DNA of 32,000 nt from Promethearchaeia archaeon. Its GTDB lineage: Archaea; Asgardarchaeota; Lokiarchaeia; Sigyniarchaeales; SOKP01. Both the position numbers and the translations under genes were made by a program. This document shows positions 18,660 through 28,228 of this stretch, one piece after another (position 1 is the first letter of the stretch; the number at the start of each line of letters is the position of its first letter). The notes below the pieces were generated by a model. That model did not search any database. It was not told where the DNA came from and saw only the letters and a list, made by a program, of their open reading frames with translations. The stretch covers positions 69,552 through 101,551 of the forward strand of contig JAWOFX010000019.1 in the NCBI GenBank assembly GCA_046497275.1, in the 5' to 3' direction.

Positions 18660-20498
18660 TTAATAAAGATCTTTTATAACAAAGTCTAAATTCAATTCGC
18701 TTAGAGTATTTTTTAAAGGATAAGCATTATTAGGGTTCCATCCTAGTACTTCACAAAATCCTTTATAATCCTCAAAATAATTCACGTCTACTATTCTTTC
18801 TGGCAGTTTATTATTAATAACATCTATCCCCTCTCTCAAATTGAAGGAATGGCGAAGAATATAGATTCTCAAGCCTATTCTGATTAATTCATCAATATTT
18901 ATATCCCATCCAACTATCGCTTTAAATAATTCAATTAACGGATATTTTTGAAAAAAAACTGCGAATTCACAGAGCCCAATACTCGCCAATACCTGTCCAA
19001 TCGCAACACTTAATTTTTCCGCTTCACTTCGATCATGCCCTGGTCTTTTGAATTTTTTAGGCAAAGTAATACCTTCAATTAATCCATTTGGTTTTATAAA
19101 CGGACCAATTGCCATCATATCTAAGGAAGGAACTGTATGTCTGCCGGGAGTGGGTTCAAATGCATAACTCATTCCCAAACTTTTATAATATTTAGGAGAG
19201 TGCATTCCAGGTTCTTGTCCCATAGAATGAATAGCATATTTTTTACTTCCTCCATTTATTTTCTCCGAAGCAATTTTAACTCCATCCGCCAAAAGATCAC
19301 CAAGACCTTCTCTGCGTATCATATTCTTAACTAACTCAATAATTGCTTTGGAATTCCCCCAAGTTAAATTCAACCCTCCTGTATCTTCTTTACTTAATAT
19401 ACCATTCTCATAACATTCTATAGCAAAAGCAACCGCTGTTCCTGCGGAGATTGTGTCGATTCCTGCTCGGTTGCATAAATCATTTATCATAAATAAAGAC
19501 ATAAGATCATCATTGAGTAATAAATGTCCGAAACTTGCACATGTCTCGTATTCGGGCTGGTGTGTTTCTTCAAGGTTCAAATCAGGCACATTCATGATGC
19601 CTCCACATTGAATTGGACATGAGAAGCATCCATAATTTCTTTCTCTATATTTTATTAATTCTTCTCCAGAAATTTTACTGATTTTTTCCATAGGAAAATC
19701 TTTTATTGTTCCGCCCCAATTTTTAATTGGAGTATCTCCTAATTGAGCACTGAATACATTTGCGAAGGCTGTTCCAATTTCTTTCCATGCTACGATTGCA
19801 CCCGTAGTAGCACTATTAATACCTTCATTATATTCTTTTGTAAGACGTAATAGTGTATTTCTCTCTGACACCTCGATTTTTTTATTTCCTCCGAGAACAA
19901 TCGCTTTTAAATTTTTAGATCCCATTAATGCTCCTAATCCAGATCTAGCCGCAATTCTGGCCTTATCATTAACGATTCCAGAAATCAAAGAGCGTTTTTC
20001 ACCAGCTTGACCGATGCTCATCACTTGAACCTTACCATACTTTTGATGTAATTTTTCTTCTGTTTGAACCACGTCTAATCCCCATAGATTAGAAGCGTCT
20101 AAAACTTGCTTCTCTCCATTATTGATCAAGATATATTTTGGCTCTTTCGCTCTCCCCTTCACAATGATCGCATCATAACCACATTTTTTAATTTCGGGAC
20201 CAAAATATCCTCCGCAATTAGAATCTCCCCAAGTCCCAGTTAAGGGAGATTTTCCCACCACCATAAAACGACCCGTCATAGGTGCTACAGTACCAGTAAA
20301 TAATCCTGGAAAAAATCCTAAAAGCGCTTCAGGGTCAAATGATTCAATTTTAGGGGGGAGATTCTCATAAAATAATTTGCTCGCTAATCCATAACCTCCA
20401 AGATATTGACGATAAATCTCTTCGGATAATTTTTCTTCTCTAAATGAATCTTCACTCAAATTAATCCATAAAATTGTACCCATATAACCATTTGGCAT
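18660..20498 (-). CDS. aor: Tungsten-containing aldehyde:ferredoxin oxidoreductase family protein
   Basis: KSPLTG, SNCGGYFG, GLGALMGSKNLKA, CFSCPIQC [4Fe-4S] motif, PEYET, GIDTIS, distal GLCEF. Confidence 0.93.
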   Translation of the reverse strand: MPNGYMGTILWINLSEDSFREEKLSEEIYRQYLGGYGLASKLFYENLPPKIESFDPEALLGFFPGLFTGTVAPMTGRFMVVGKSPLTGTWGDSNCGGYFGPEIKKCGYDAIIVKGRAKEPKYILINNGEKQVLDASNLWGLDVVQTEEKLHQKYGKVQVMSIGQAGEKRSLISGIVNDKARIAARSGLGALMGSKNLKAIVLGGNKKIEVSERNTLLRLTKEYNEGINSATTGAIVAWKEIGTAFANVFSAQLGDTPIKNWGGTIKDFPMEKISKISGEELIKYRERNYGCFSCPIQCGGIMNVPDLNLEETHQPEYETCASFGHLLLNDDLMSLFMINDLCNRAGIDTISAGTAVAFAIECYENGILSKEDTGGLNLTWGNSKAIIELVKNMIRREGLGDLLADGVKIASEKINGGSKKYAIHSMGQEPGMHSPKYYKSLGMSYAFEPTPGRHTVPSLDMMAIGPFIKPNGLIEGITLPKKFKRPGHDRSEAEKLSVAIGQVLASIGLCEFAVFFQKYPLIELFKAIVGWDINIDELIRIGLRIYILRHSFNLREGIDVINNKLPERIVDVNYFEDYKGFCEVLGWNPNNAYPLKNTLSELNLDFVIKDLY

Positions 20499-20739
20499 AT
20501 ATTTCCAACTCTTTTATATTTATTCCTTAAAAAAAGGATATCATCTTTTGACCAAAAAAAAAATCTATTTTAAATGGATATGAGTTCTATAATTACATTT
20601 TTTTATATAAATCTATCTAAAGAACAAAAATGAATCAAAAATCTTAAAACAAAAACAAAAAAATGAATTCATATCACAGAGGAGATTCCAAACTATAAGA
20701 ACTTTTATTATTACCTTAAAACCAAATTTAGAACATCAA

Positions 20740-21025
20740 ATCACGGGAGTAAATTTTTTAGATGATACAAATGAAGAAAATTGACCATTCGCAATTTATT
20801 TCAAATATTCAATAATTTTATAATTCCTTTAATTAGTAAGGAGGAGCAAGATTCTTAGAGGAATTTGAGAGTCTTCTCCTTCAAAAAGTAGAGCTTAAAA
20901 TGGATTTTAATAAAAAAGTGTAAGAATTGTTTCCATTATTATGAGAGGGTAACTATATCCAACATTAAAACCAGTATGTAAATATTGAAAAGCTTGGGAT
21001 GCTATATGAAATTTTACTAGCAATC
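20740..21025 (+). pseudogene. Degraded N-terminal fragment (~95 codons) of an acyl-CoA dehydrogenase paralogous to 21123-22382
   Basis: Manual translation with two -1 frameshifts (near 20779 and 20853) gives ITGVNFLDDTNEE/LTIRNLFQIFNNFIIPLISKEEQD/LEEFESLLLQKVELKMDFNKKV*ELFPLL*EGNYIQH*NQYVNIEKLGMLYEILLAI, colinear with residues 4-99 of the intact gene; stops TAA 20921, TGA 20942, TAA 20966. Confidence 0.9.
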
Positions 21026-21087
21026 CATCAAATAAAATTTAATATATAAAAAAACTTTCAAGTTTGTCTTATTTCATCCCAATAGAT

Positions 21088-21106
21088 ATCAAAGTGATAA
21101 AATTTT
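21088..21106 (+). repeat. 19-bp direct repeat, copy 1 (ATCAAAGTGATAAAATTTT)
   Basis: Identical to 22613-22631; the two copies flank the intact acyl-CoA dehydrogenase gene. Confidence 0.75.
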
Positions 21107-21122
21107 ATTATACGATAATCAA

Positions 21123-22382
21123 TTAAAGAGCCAGTCTTTTCACAATATCTTTAATTGCTCTACTGACTAAATATAACTGAATATTACGTGCTCCTCCTAT
21201 GATTTCTTGTACTTTTGCCACTTCTAATGCCTTATCAATTCTCATATTATCAGTAAATGCTATCCCCCCGCAGAGTTGTTGCGTTTCATAGGAGATTCTC
21301 TGTGCAAGGTTCGAAGCTAAGAATTTTGTGCCTGAACTGAATGCAGCATTGTATTTGATGAATTTTCGATCCCCATATTTAAGAGTCTTTCTGTATTCTG
21401 ATGCGGATTTAAATCCTAACTCTGTGGCTGCCATTAATTCAGTGAATAATTGAGTAATTGGAAAGGAAACTGCTTGAAAGTCATATAAAGGTCTCCCAAA
21501 TTGCGTTCGAAGATTTGTATATATTAACGCGGTTATCGCTGTGAGCCATCCTATACCAAGACTAGAACCTATAATTGCATCTCTTTCTGCTACTAGACCA
21601 GAAAATAGATTTCGATAGCCAATACCTCTCTCACCAATAATATATTTCCTAGGGACTTTTACTGAATTGAAAATCGTTTGACTTACCTCTACTCTGGGAA
21701 TTGATTGAATCCCTAATCTATTCGTTTCGATACCTTCGAAATTACGATCGATAACCATTTGATACATTGATCCTCTTGGATCATAACGATTCGAGACTCC
21801 ATATACGATAAAATAGTCTGCTTTTGACCCATTCGTGGTATATACTTTTTCCCCATTTAAAATAAGATGATCTTCATTTTCTTCCACAATAGTTTGCATA
21901 TTAACCGCATCAGAGCCGTGCTGCCGTTCTGTGATACAAATTGCTCCCACTTTCTTTCCAGACATAATTTCCCCTAAAATCTGATCAATATGTTCACCTT
22001 TCCCGTGCTGAAATAACGGATTTGCAAAAATAACTCCAGACACAACACGTGCTAAATCCAATTCAGGATCAACGATAGATACTGCCATAGCTAAAAGAAT
22101 CTCATAGCGCATACCATAATGTTCTGTATCGCCATATTGATTTAAACGCTGTATATAATTTCCCTCTCCCAAAATAGGAAATAAATCATAGACTTCTTTA
22201 TTCAGATCTATCTTTGGTTCAACCTCTTCTAATAAAAACTCTTCAAGAGTCTCTAAGAAATCTCTTTCCTCTTTACTTATCAGCGGGATTATAAAATTAT
22301 TGAATATCTGAAAAATATTACGTGTATTCAGCTTCTCCTCAATTTCATCATCTAAGATATTAACTCCAGTAATTTTTTTCAT
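21123..22382 (-). CDS. Acyl-CoA dehydrogenase family protein
   Basis: ICITERQHGSDA, LNGEKVYTTNG, RTQFGRPL, QQLCGGIAF and QEIIGGARNIQ match ACAD FAD-binding and catalytic motifs. Confidence 0.92.
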   Translation of the reverse strand: MKKITGVNILDDEIEEKLNTRNIFQIFNNFIIPLISKEERDFLETLEEFLLEEVEPKIDLNKEVYDLFPILGEGNYIQRLNQYGDTEHYGMRYEILLAMAVSIVDPELDLARVVSGVIFANPLFQHGKGEHIDQILGEIMSGKKVGAICITERQHGSDAVNMQTIVEENEDHLILNGEKVYTTNGSKADYFIVYGVSNRYDPRGSMYQMVIDRNFEGIETNRLGIQSIPRVEVSQTIFNSVKVPRKYIIGERGIGYRNLFSGLVAERDAIIGSSLGIGWLTAITALIYTNLRTQFGRPLYDFQAVSFPITQLFTELMAATELGFKSASEYRKTLKYGDRKFIKYNAAFSSGTKFLASNLAQRISYETQQLCGGIAFTDNMRIDKALEVAKVQEIIGGARNIQLYLVSRAIKDIVKRLAL

Positions 22383-22612
22383 AATTTAGACTAAAATCAA
22401 ACCAATTTAAATATTATTATCCTAAACGGTTTCAATGTGAATTTATTCCCATTTCAATTAAATTGATATCCTCTTTGACCATAAATATTTAGTGTGAGAT
22501 GAGCTGAATGGTGCACTAAAAAATTGTTATAAAAAATTCATCTCATAATTCACAAATTTAAATTGATTATATCATCACTATTGTTATTTTGTTTAATTTT
22601 ATTCCGATAAAA

Positions 22613-22631
22613 ATCAAAGTGATAAAATTTT
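22613..22631 (+). repeat. 19-bp direct repeat, copy 2 (ATCAAAGTGATAAAATTTT)
   Basis: Identical to 21088-21106; this copy extends into a GTGA-N8-TCAC palindrome (22619-22634). Confidence 0.75.
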
Positions 22632-22851
22632 CACCCCTAATTTCCTTGAATATAAAAAGATTACTTTTTGTATTAAAAAAATTTATAAATATAGAATTTT
22701 ATTATACCATTAAATTTTAACTTATATCTATTGTTCTAAAAAACAAAATTTCATAGATAAAAATATATAAAAGTTAAAATAATTATATTAGGAATATAAT
22801 TATACAACTAAAAAAAATCTAATAGTAAAAAAATTAACAAGGCTGAAAAAA

Positions 22852-23997
22852 ATGGCAGAAGAAGAGAGTTTCCTCAGCGCTAAGGCCCTCGTGGTCGATA
22901 ACGGGACGGGAATTTCGAAGAATGGGTTCGCTGGTGAAGATCAGCCACGTTCGGTGTTTCCTACGCTTATTGGATATCCAAAATATGAGTCAATCATGAC
23001 TGATGTCGAGCATTATACTCGAGAGTACTATATCGGAGAAGAAGCAATGCAATTGAAAGGTGTTTTGAAACTCATGTTTCCAGTAGAGCATGGTATCATT
23101 GAAGACTGGACTGCTATGGAAAAGATCTGGCACTACACCTTCTACACTGACTTACGCATCGATCCTTCCGAACATCCGGTATTACTGACAGAAGCGCCAT
23201 TAAATCCTCGACCAAATCGAGAGAAGATGGCAGAAATAATGTTTGAAACCTTTAATGTCCCTGCTCTTTACGTTGCGATGCAGGCAGTTTTATCATTATA
23301 TGCTTCTGGTCGTACCACTGGATGCGTTATTGATATTGGAGACGGTGTATCTCACGTTGTCCCAATTTTCGAAGGATTCGCATTAAGTCACGCAATTCAA
23401 AGAATCGATTTAGCGGGCAGAGATATCACTACCTATCTACAACGATTATTACGGCAAAAAGGTTATTCATTTACCACCTCCGCCGAGAAAGAAATTGTTC
23501 GGGATATTAAAGAGAAATTGTGCTATGTTGCAATTGATCCCGAAAAAGAGATGATGCTTTCCAAGAAGGTAGCAGGTATGGAGAAAAGCTACATGTTACC
23601 TGATGGTGAGACCATTAACGTGGGAGTAGAAAGATTTCTTGCGCCCGAATGCTTTTTCAATCCGTCCGTCATTGGGAAAGAATTAGAACCTTTAGACGAC
23701 GTAATTGTGAATTCCATTTCAGAGTGCGATGTCGATCTTCGACGAGACCTCTACAGCAACATTGTCTTATCTGGAGGTTCCACGATGTTCCCTGGTATCA
23801 AAGAGAGACTTACCAAGGAAATTAAGGAACAAATCCCAGAATCTGTTGATGTAAAGATCATCGCACCACCCGAGAGAATGTATTCGGTCTGGATTGGCGG
23901 CTCAATCTTGAGCTCCTTAAAAACATTCCATAGAATGTGGGTAACCAGGCGAGAATATAAAGAGATGGGACCACAAGTAATTCATAGATGTTTCTAA
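22852..23997 (+). CDS. Lokiactin (conserved Asgard actin)
   Basis: [90 protein letters not shown]-terminal HRCF; visibly more GC-rich than its flanks. Confidence 0.97.
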   Translation: MAEEESFLSAKALVVDNGTGISKNGFAGEDQPRSVFPTLIGYPKYESIMTDVEHYTREYYIGEEAMQLKGVLKLMFPVEHGIIEDWTAMEKIWHYTFYTDLRIDPSEHPVLLTEAPLNPRPNREKMAEIMFETFNVPALYVAMQAVLSLYASGRTTGCVIDIGDGVSHVVPIFEGFALSHAIQRIDLAGRDITTYLQRLLRQKGYSFTTSAEKEIVRDIKEKLCYVAIDPEKEMMLSKKVAGMEKSYMLPDGETINVGVERFLAPECFFNPSVIGKELEPLDDVIVNSISECDVDLRRDLYSNIVLSGGSTMFPGIKERLTKEIKEQIPESVDVKIIAPPERMYSVWIGGSILSSLKTFHRMWVTRREYKEMGPQVIHRCF

Positions 23998-24001
23998 ATA
24001 T

Positions 24002-24021
24002 GCCTTCGGGCTTTATTTTTT
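24002..24021 (+). terminator. Hairpin plus U-tract terminator-like element after lokiactin
   Basis: GCC-TTCG-GGC (cUUCGg tetraloop) 4 nt after the stop codon, followed by TTTATTTTTT. Confidence 0.55.
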
Positions 24022-24315
24022 AATTTCACACGAATTTTTTTATTTTTCTTTTTTTCTTGTTTCCGATAAGAACTTAAATTTTTCAATTAAAAATTATAGT
24101 TTTATGAATCTAAAAGCTATTCAATAAAACTCATATAATGTGGGTTACCCGACGAGTCATTAATTCATTTTTATTTTAATTTCTTTTCTTGTTCCCCATG
24201 TTTTATGCTTTATAAAAATATTATTCAAAATTTTTATAATAAATAAACAAACTCAGTCCTAAATTAATAAACCAAAGAACGAAAGTATTTTTTCTAAAAA
24301 GATTATCTAAAACCC

Positions 24316-24927
24316 ATGATGGAGGAAATAATTTTTTATGCGGGAATAGGCATATTTAGCCTTACTACGTTAACTTTCTTAATTTTGAAGAAAAAGAATC
24401 CGAAGGTAGCGTCAATCAACATGATAGTTAACTTCGTAACCATTATCTCCTATACTCTTATGCTGAGCGGATTGGGAGCTATAACTGCAAATAATGGAGA
24501 ATTTATCTATTGGACAAGATGGGCGTTTTATGCGATAAGTTGCTCATTCTTGATGGTCGAGGTATCATTGATTCTGAAGATTGACAATAGAACTATGGCT
24601 GAAATTATCCTCTTCAATACTATGGTGATGGTCGCGGGATTGTTTGCAAGCATTACCCTTGATCTTATCAAATGGCTTTTCTTCGCGCTTAGCACGGTTG
24701 CGTATGTAAATGTGCTTTATCAAATTGGCAAAAATCTTTCTGAAGAGAAATTTATTGTTTTATTCGTCGCGATATTTTGGAGCGGCTTTCCAATTATTTG
24801 GTTGATTTCACCAGCAGGGTTTTTGGTCCTAGACGCATTCTGGACTGCTTTATTCTACCTTGTTCTTGACTTGATTACGAAGGTATATTTCGGATACCAT
24901 ACAACATTGAAGTACACTGACATGTAA
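24316..24927 (+). CDS. Schizorhodopsin (Asgard microbial rhodopsin, predicted inward H+ pump)
   Basis: 7-TM pattern; helix C YWTRWAFYAISCSFLMVE; helix G LDLITK with the retinal Lys. From the second Met (24319) the numbering is R67, F70, S74, C75, E81, D184, K188, as in characterised SzRs. Confidence 0.95.
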   Translation: MMEEIIFYAGIGIFSLTTLTFLILKKKNPKVASINMIVNFVTIISYTLMLSGLGAITANNGEFIYWTRWAFYAISCSFLMVEVSLILKIDNRTMAEIILFNTMVMVAGLFASITLDLIKWLFFALSTVAYVNVLYQIGKNLSEEKFIVLFVAIFWSGFPIIWLISPAGFLVLDAFWTALFYLVLDLITKVYFGYHTTLKYTDM

Positions 24928-25052
24928 AATTAAGAAATCTAAAATTTAATAATTGAAATCTAAATTTTATTCTTTTTCTTATTTTCTAATTAGAATAAGT
25001 CAATGAATGGTCTAAATAACATAAATAAATAAGGAAAACAATTATTTAGATC

Positions 25053-25901
25053 ATGAATGTTAGCAAGAATTCTCCTTCAGAATTTCCGAAATCAAATAAA
25101 TTTATTAAAAGACAAGGTTTAATACTCTTTTTTATTCTAAGTTATTCATTAATTACATTTGCCGTCATAATGAGATATTTCCTAGGTGAAGCATTTCCCG
25201 AGATATTATTTTGGTTCATCTCCTACTGGAGTCCAACAATCTCTGCAATTTTTATCTCTGGATTGATAGGTGGATGGACTTAAATAAAATCATTACTTAA
25301 AGGCTTATTAAAATGGAGAGTGGGACTGAAATGGTATTTAGCAGCATTTCTTATAATGTTGGCCCCACTTTTATTTGCCTTAATTTATATTCTAATCGGA
25401 GGTGAATCTCCTGGAATAGATCCTTCACTGACTCTCCCCCTCCTTGTGTTTAATTTATTTTATACCTTATTTTCGGGACCATTAAGTGAAGAACTCGGGT
25501 GGCGAGGGTTTGCTTTGCCAAGATTACAGTCAAGATTCACTGCATTACTCTCAAGTATTATCTTAGGTTTCATATGGGCATCTTGGCATTTACCCTTATA
25601 TTTTATTCCGCCACAAAGAATTGCTATCTATATTTTTATACCATTAGTGTTAGTTATTTCTATTCTTATGACGTGGGTCTATAACAATACTGGTGGAAGC
25701 GTTTTATTAACCATTATCATGCATTTTAGTTTCAATTTTGATATGGCTTTTATTGTGGGCTATTTGGGTTTGATGCCAACTATGATATTCTATATTAGTG
25801 CAAGTATAGCAATTGGAATTTATCTTATTGCGGTGATTGGTTACGCTGGCCCTAAAAAACTTTCTCGAAAACGCGATTCCGAAATACCTAAAATAAATTA
25901 A
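25053..25901 (+). pseudogene. CPBP-family intramembrane protease interrupted by one in-frame TAA
   Basis: Track ORFs 25053-25283 and 25320-25901 share a frame; reading through TAA 25281-83 gives ...GLIGGWT*IKSLLKGLLKWRVGLKWY..., 282 codons with SEELGWRGF, WASWH and HFSFN intact. Confidence 0.85.
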
Positions 25902-25966
25902 TCAGTAAAAAATTTTTTTTACATCTTTTACTTTAAATTTTTATTAGAAAGAAGAAATAATATTTT

Positions 25967-26764
25967 TTAATCTAATGTATAAAGCGTGGGTGTTCTATCA
26001 TCAAAAAGATCATTATATTTGTTTAATTTTTTATCATGTGCCTTAGAAAGATCAATATCCACAATTTGCACAATTGATTCATCTTTTGGAGCTTTTGATA
26101 TTATTTTCCCATCATAAGAGGTGATCTGGCTTTGACCAGTGAAACTAAACTCATCTTCGCCTCTTTTTTCTTTTCCAATACGATTTGCAGTAACTGAGAA
26201 AACACGATTCTCTAAACAGCGTATTTTCATAGCATCTTGGCAATACGGGAGTACAAGATTTGATGGATGAGCAATAATCTCTGCTCCTTGTAAAGCTAGG
26301 CTCCGTGCTACTTCAGGAAATATCCAATCAAAACAAATCATCACTCCAATCTTCATATTATTGACTTCAAATACTTTTAATTTTTTTTCTCCCGGTGAAA
26401 ACCATAATTTTTCTTTATTAAATAGATGAATTTTTTGATAGGTTCCAACTAATTCCTCTCTAAACACAACCATTGATGAATTAAATATTTTTTCCCCAAT
26501 CTTTTCCACAAATCCACCAACAATTACAGCATTTGTCTCGTTCGAAAGTTTTTTAAAAAAATTGAATGTGTCTCCATTAGCATTCTCTGCCAAATTTATT
26601 GCTTCATCTTTTGATACAAAGGAATATCCTGTTGCGAATAATTCCGGTAAAACAATTAAATCAGCGCTAATTCCTTTTGAAAGTTGAATAATTTTATCAA
26701 AATTGTTCTCTTTTTCTCCAAAAGTTGGGAAAAATTGAATATAACCGATTTTCATCGAATTCAC
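25967..26764 (-). CDS. Carbon-nitrogen hydrolase (nitrilase superfamily amidase)
   Basis: Glu-Lys-Cys triad in LPELF, YQKIHLF and ICFDWIFPE; also ANRIG and FTGQSQI. Confidence 0.92.
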   Translation of the reverse strand: MNSMKIGYIQFFPTFGEKENNFDKIIQLSKGISADLIVLPELFATGYSFVSKDEAINLAENANGDTFNFFKKLSNETNAVIVGGFVEKIGEKIFNSSMVVFREELVGTYQKIHLFNKEKLWFSPGEKKLKVFEVNNMKIGVMICFDWIFPEVARSLALQGAEIIAHPSNLVLPYCQDAMKIRCLENRVFSVTANRIGKEKRGEDEFSFTGQSQITSYDGKIISKAPKDESIVQIVDIDLSKAHDKKLNKYNDLFDDRTPTLYTLD

Positions 26765-26858
26765 ATTATCATTAATATTTTTTATAATTTAGTTTAGATT
26801 AGAGACAATTTATCATTTTTGAATAGCGGAGAAATATTATATTTGATATAAAGAAGAA

Positions 26859-27788
26859 TTATTTGCTTTCTCCAATTTTTTCAATTGCCACTTGTCGTTT
26901 ACCTAAAAGATATGCACTTACAATGATGAAAGAGATCCCCAGTATTAAATATACAAAAGAAGAAAGATTCAATAAAGGCATTAAAAAGACTAAGAAATAA
27001 ATCAATATAGGAAACGTTTGAATAGGGATCTGTTGGATCGCGATTAAATTACTTGCTTGTCCAACGGTGAATGCTTGTTGCATTTTTATTACACCATACA
27101 TATTTGTTGCGATTAAGATAATTGTGCTAACAATAAATAGAATTAATTCTTCCACCATAAAAGATCCTCCAAATACTTTAGTAATTGTATTTATCAGCAA
27201 AGAAACCCATAAATTTGATAAGGCAAACATATTCCCAGAAAAAATAGCGAGTGGGATTCCTTGATTAGTAATAGATTTTCTACTGAGAACTTCAAGTAAA
27301 ATAGATATAATACATAAGATTAATGTGAACATAGATACTCTAAACAAAAAATCTGATGCCAAAACATTACTTTCAGAAATTTCAATGGATAGTCTGCTGA
27401 ACCCTAAGAAAGTTATTGCTATAATCATTAAAAAAATTCCTAATATCTCTTTTTTTTTCAAATTTTCATTTAAAATAAAGATAGAGCCTATTGCTAAGAT
27501 AATTAATCCAGATGCCATAAGCCCAGGGATGAGTGCTGGACCAATGAGCGATTGAGCTAGTAAATAAAAAATTGATCCAACCCCAAAGTTAATTAGAAGC
27601 CCTAAAATCCATATTTTATCTCGTATTAGGATTCTCATGAGACTTTTTTTTGAGGGTAAATCATTAGTAATTTTATTAACTACTTTCTTTTGTATAATAA
27701 CGCCAGTATTGGAACATATTCCAGATAAAATCGCAAATAGTACCCCACTTAAATAAAGATCATAACTAATTGAATATCTCACCACCAA
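26859..27788 (-). CDS. DMT-superfamily transporter, NIPA (Mg2+ transporter)-like
   Basis: About 9 TM segments; QKK after TM1, RDKIWILGL, IGPALIPGL and FILNENL parallel the NIPA/EamA pattern. Confidence 0.7.
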   Translation of the reverse strand: MVVRYSISYDLYLSGVLFAILSGICSNTGVIIQKKVVNKITNDLPSKKSLMRILIRDKIWILGLLINFGVGSIFYLLAQSLIGPALIPGLMASGLIILAIGSIFILNENLKKKEILGIFLMIIAITFLGFSRLSIEISESNVLASDFLFRVSMFTLILCIISILLEVLSRKSITNQGIPLAIFSGNMFALSNLWVSLLINTITKVFGGSFMVEELILFIVSTIILIATNMYGVIKMQQAFTVGQASNLIAIQQIPIQTFPILIYFLVFLMPLLNLSSFVYLILGISFIIVSAYLLGKRQVAIEKIGESK

Positions 27789-28193
27789 ATTTTACTTATA
27801 AACAAAATATATTAGGTATTCCTACTAATATTAAAAAATAGTAAATCTGAATTAAAAACGTATCCGTTTTTAAATTTTTAAATGTTTGGAACCTCTAAAT
27901 CTAAACTAAAAATTCTTTTCCATTAAAATTGGATTGTTTGATAAAAATGTGATAAAATAAGAGATTGAAGTATAATGTAAAAAATTAAATCTAGAATATT
28001 ACGAGATTTCAGATTTAAAAAGAACTAATTTGGAATATTTTGGAAAGAACTAATAAAAAAGATAAAAATAAATTATATAATGAAATAATGTCAATTTTGA
28101 CAGAAAGGATAAATTTCTAATTATTATCAATTAAAGAATCTCTCATTAATAACCCTTTATGATAATCTTTATATATCTCTTAAACTAATATAG

Positions 28194-28228
28194 AATTTGA
28201 TCAAAAAACGATTAAGGTTGATCAAATT
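28194..28228. promoter_or_regulatory. 11-bp perfect inverted repeat abutting the start codon (candidate operator or translational hairpin)
   Basis: AATTTGATCAA(28194-204)-N13-TTGATCAAATT(28218-228); the right arm ends at the first base of the TTG start. Confidence 0.4.

Noticed and set aside
22488-22520. Hairpin TTTAGTGTG/TGCACTAAA with GATGA and CTGA in the loop as a C/D box or K-loop RNA
   Set aside because: The boxes are imperfect, only 1 nt apart and leave no guide region; chance is plausible in AT-rich DNA.
25281-25283. Programmed recoding (Sec/Pyl) of the internal stop
   Set aside because: The codon is TAA, not TGA or TAG.
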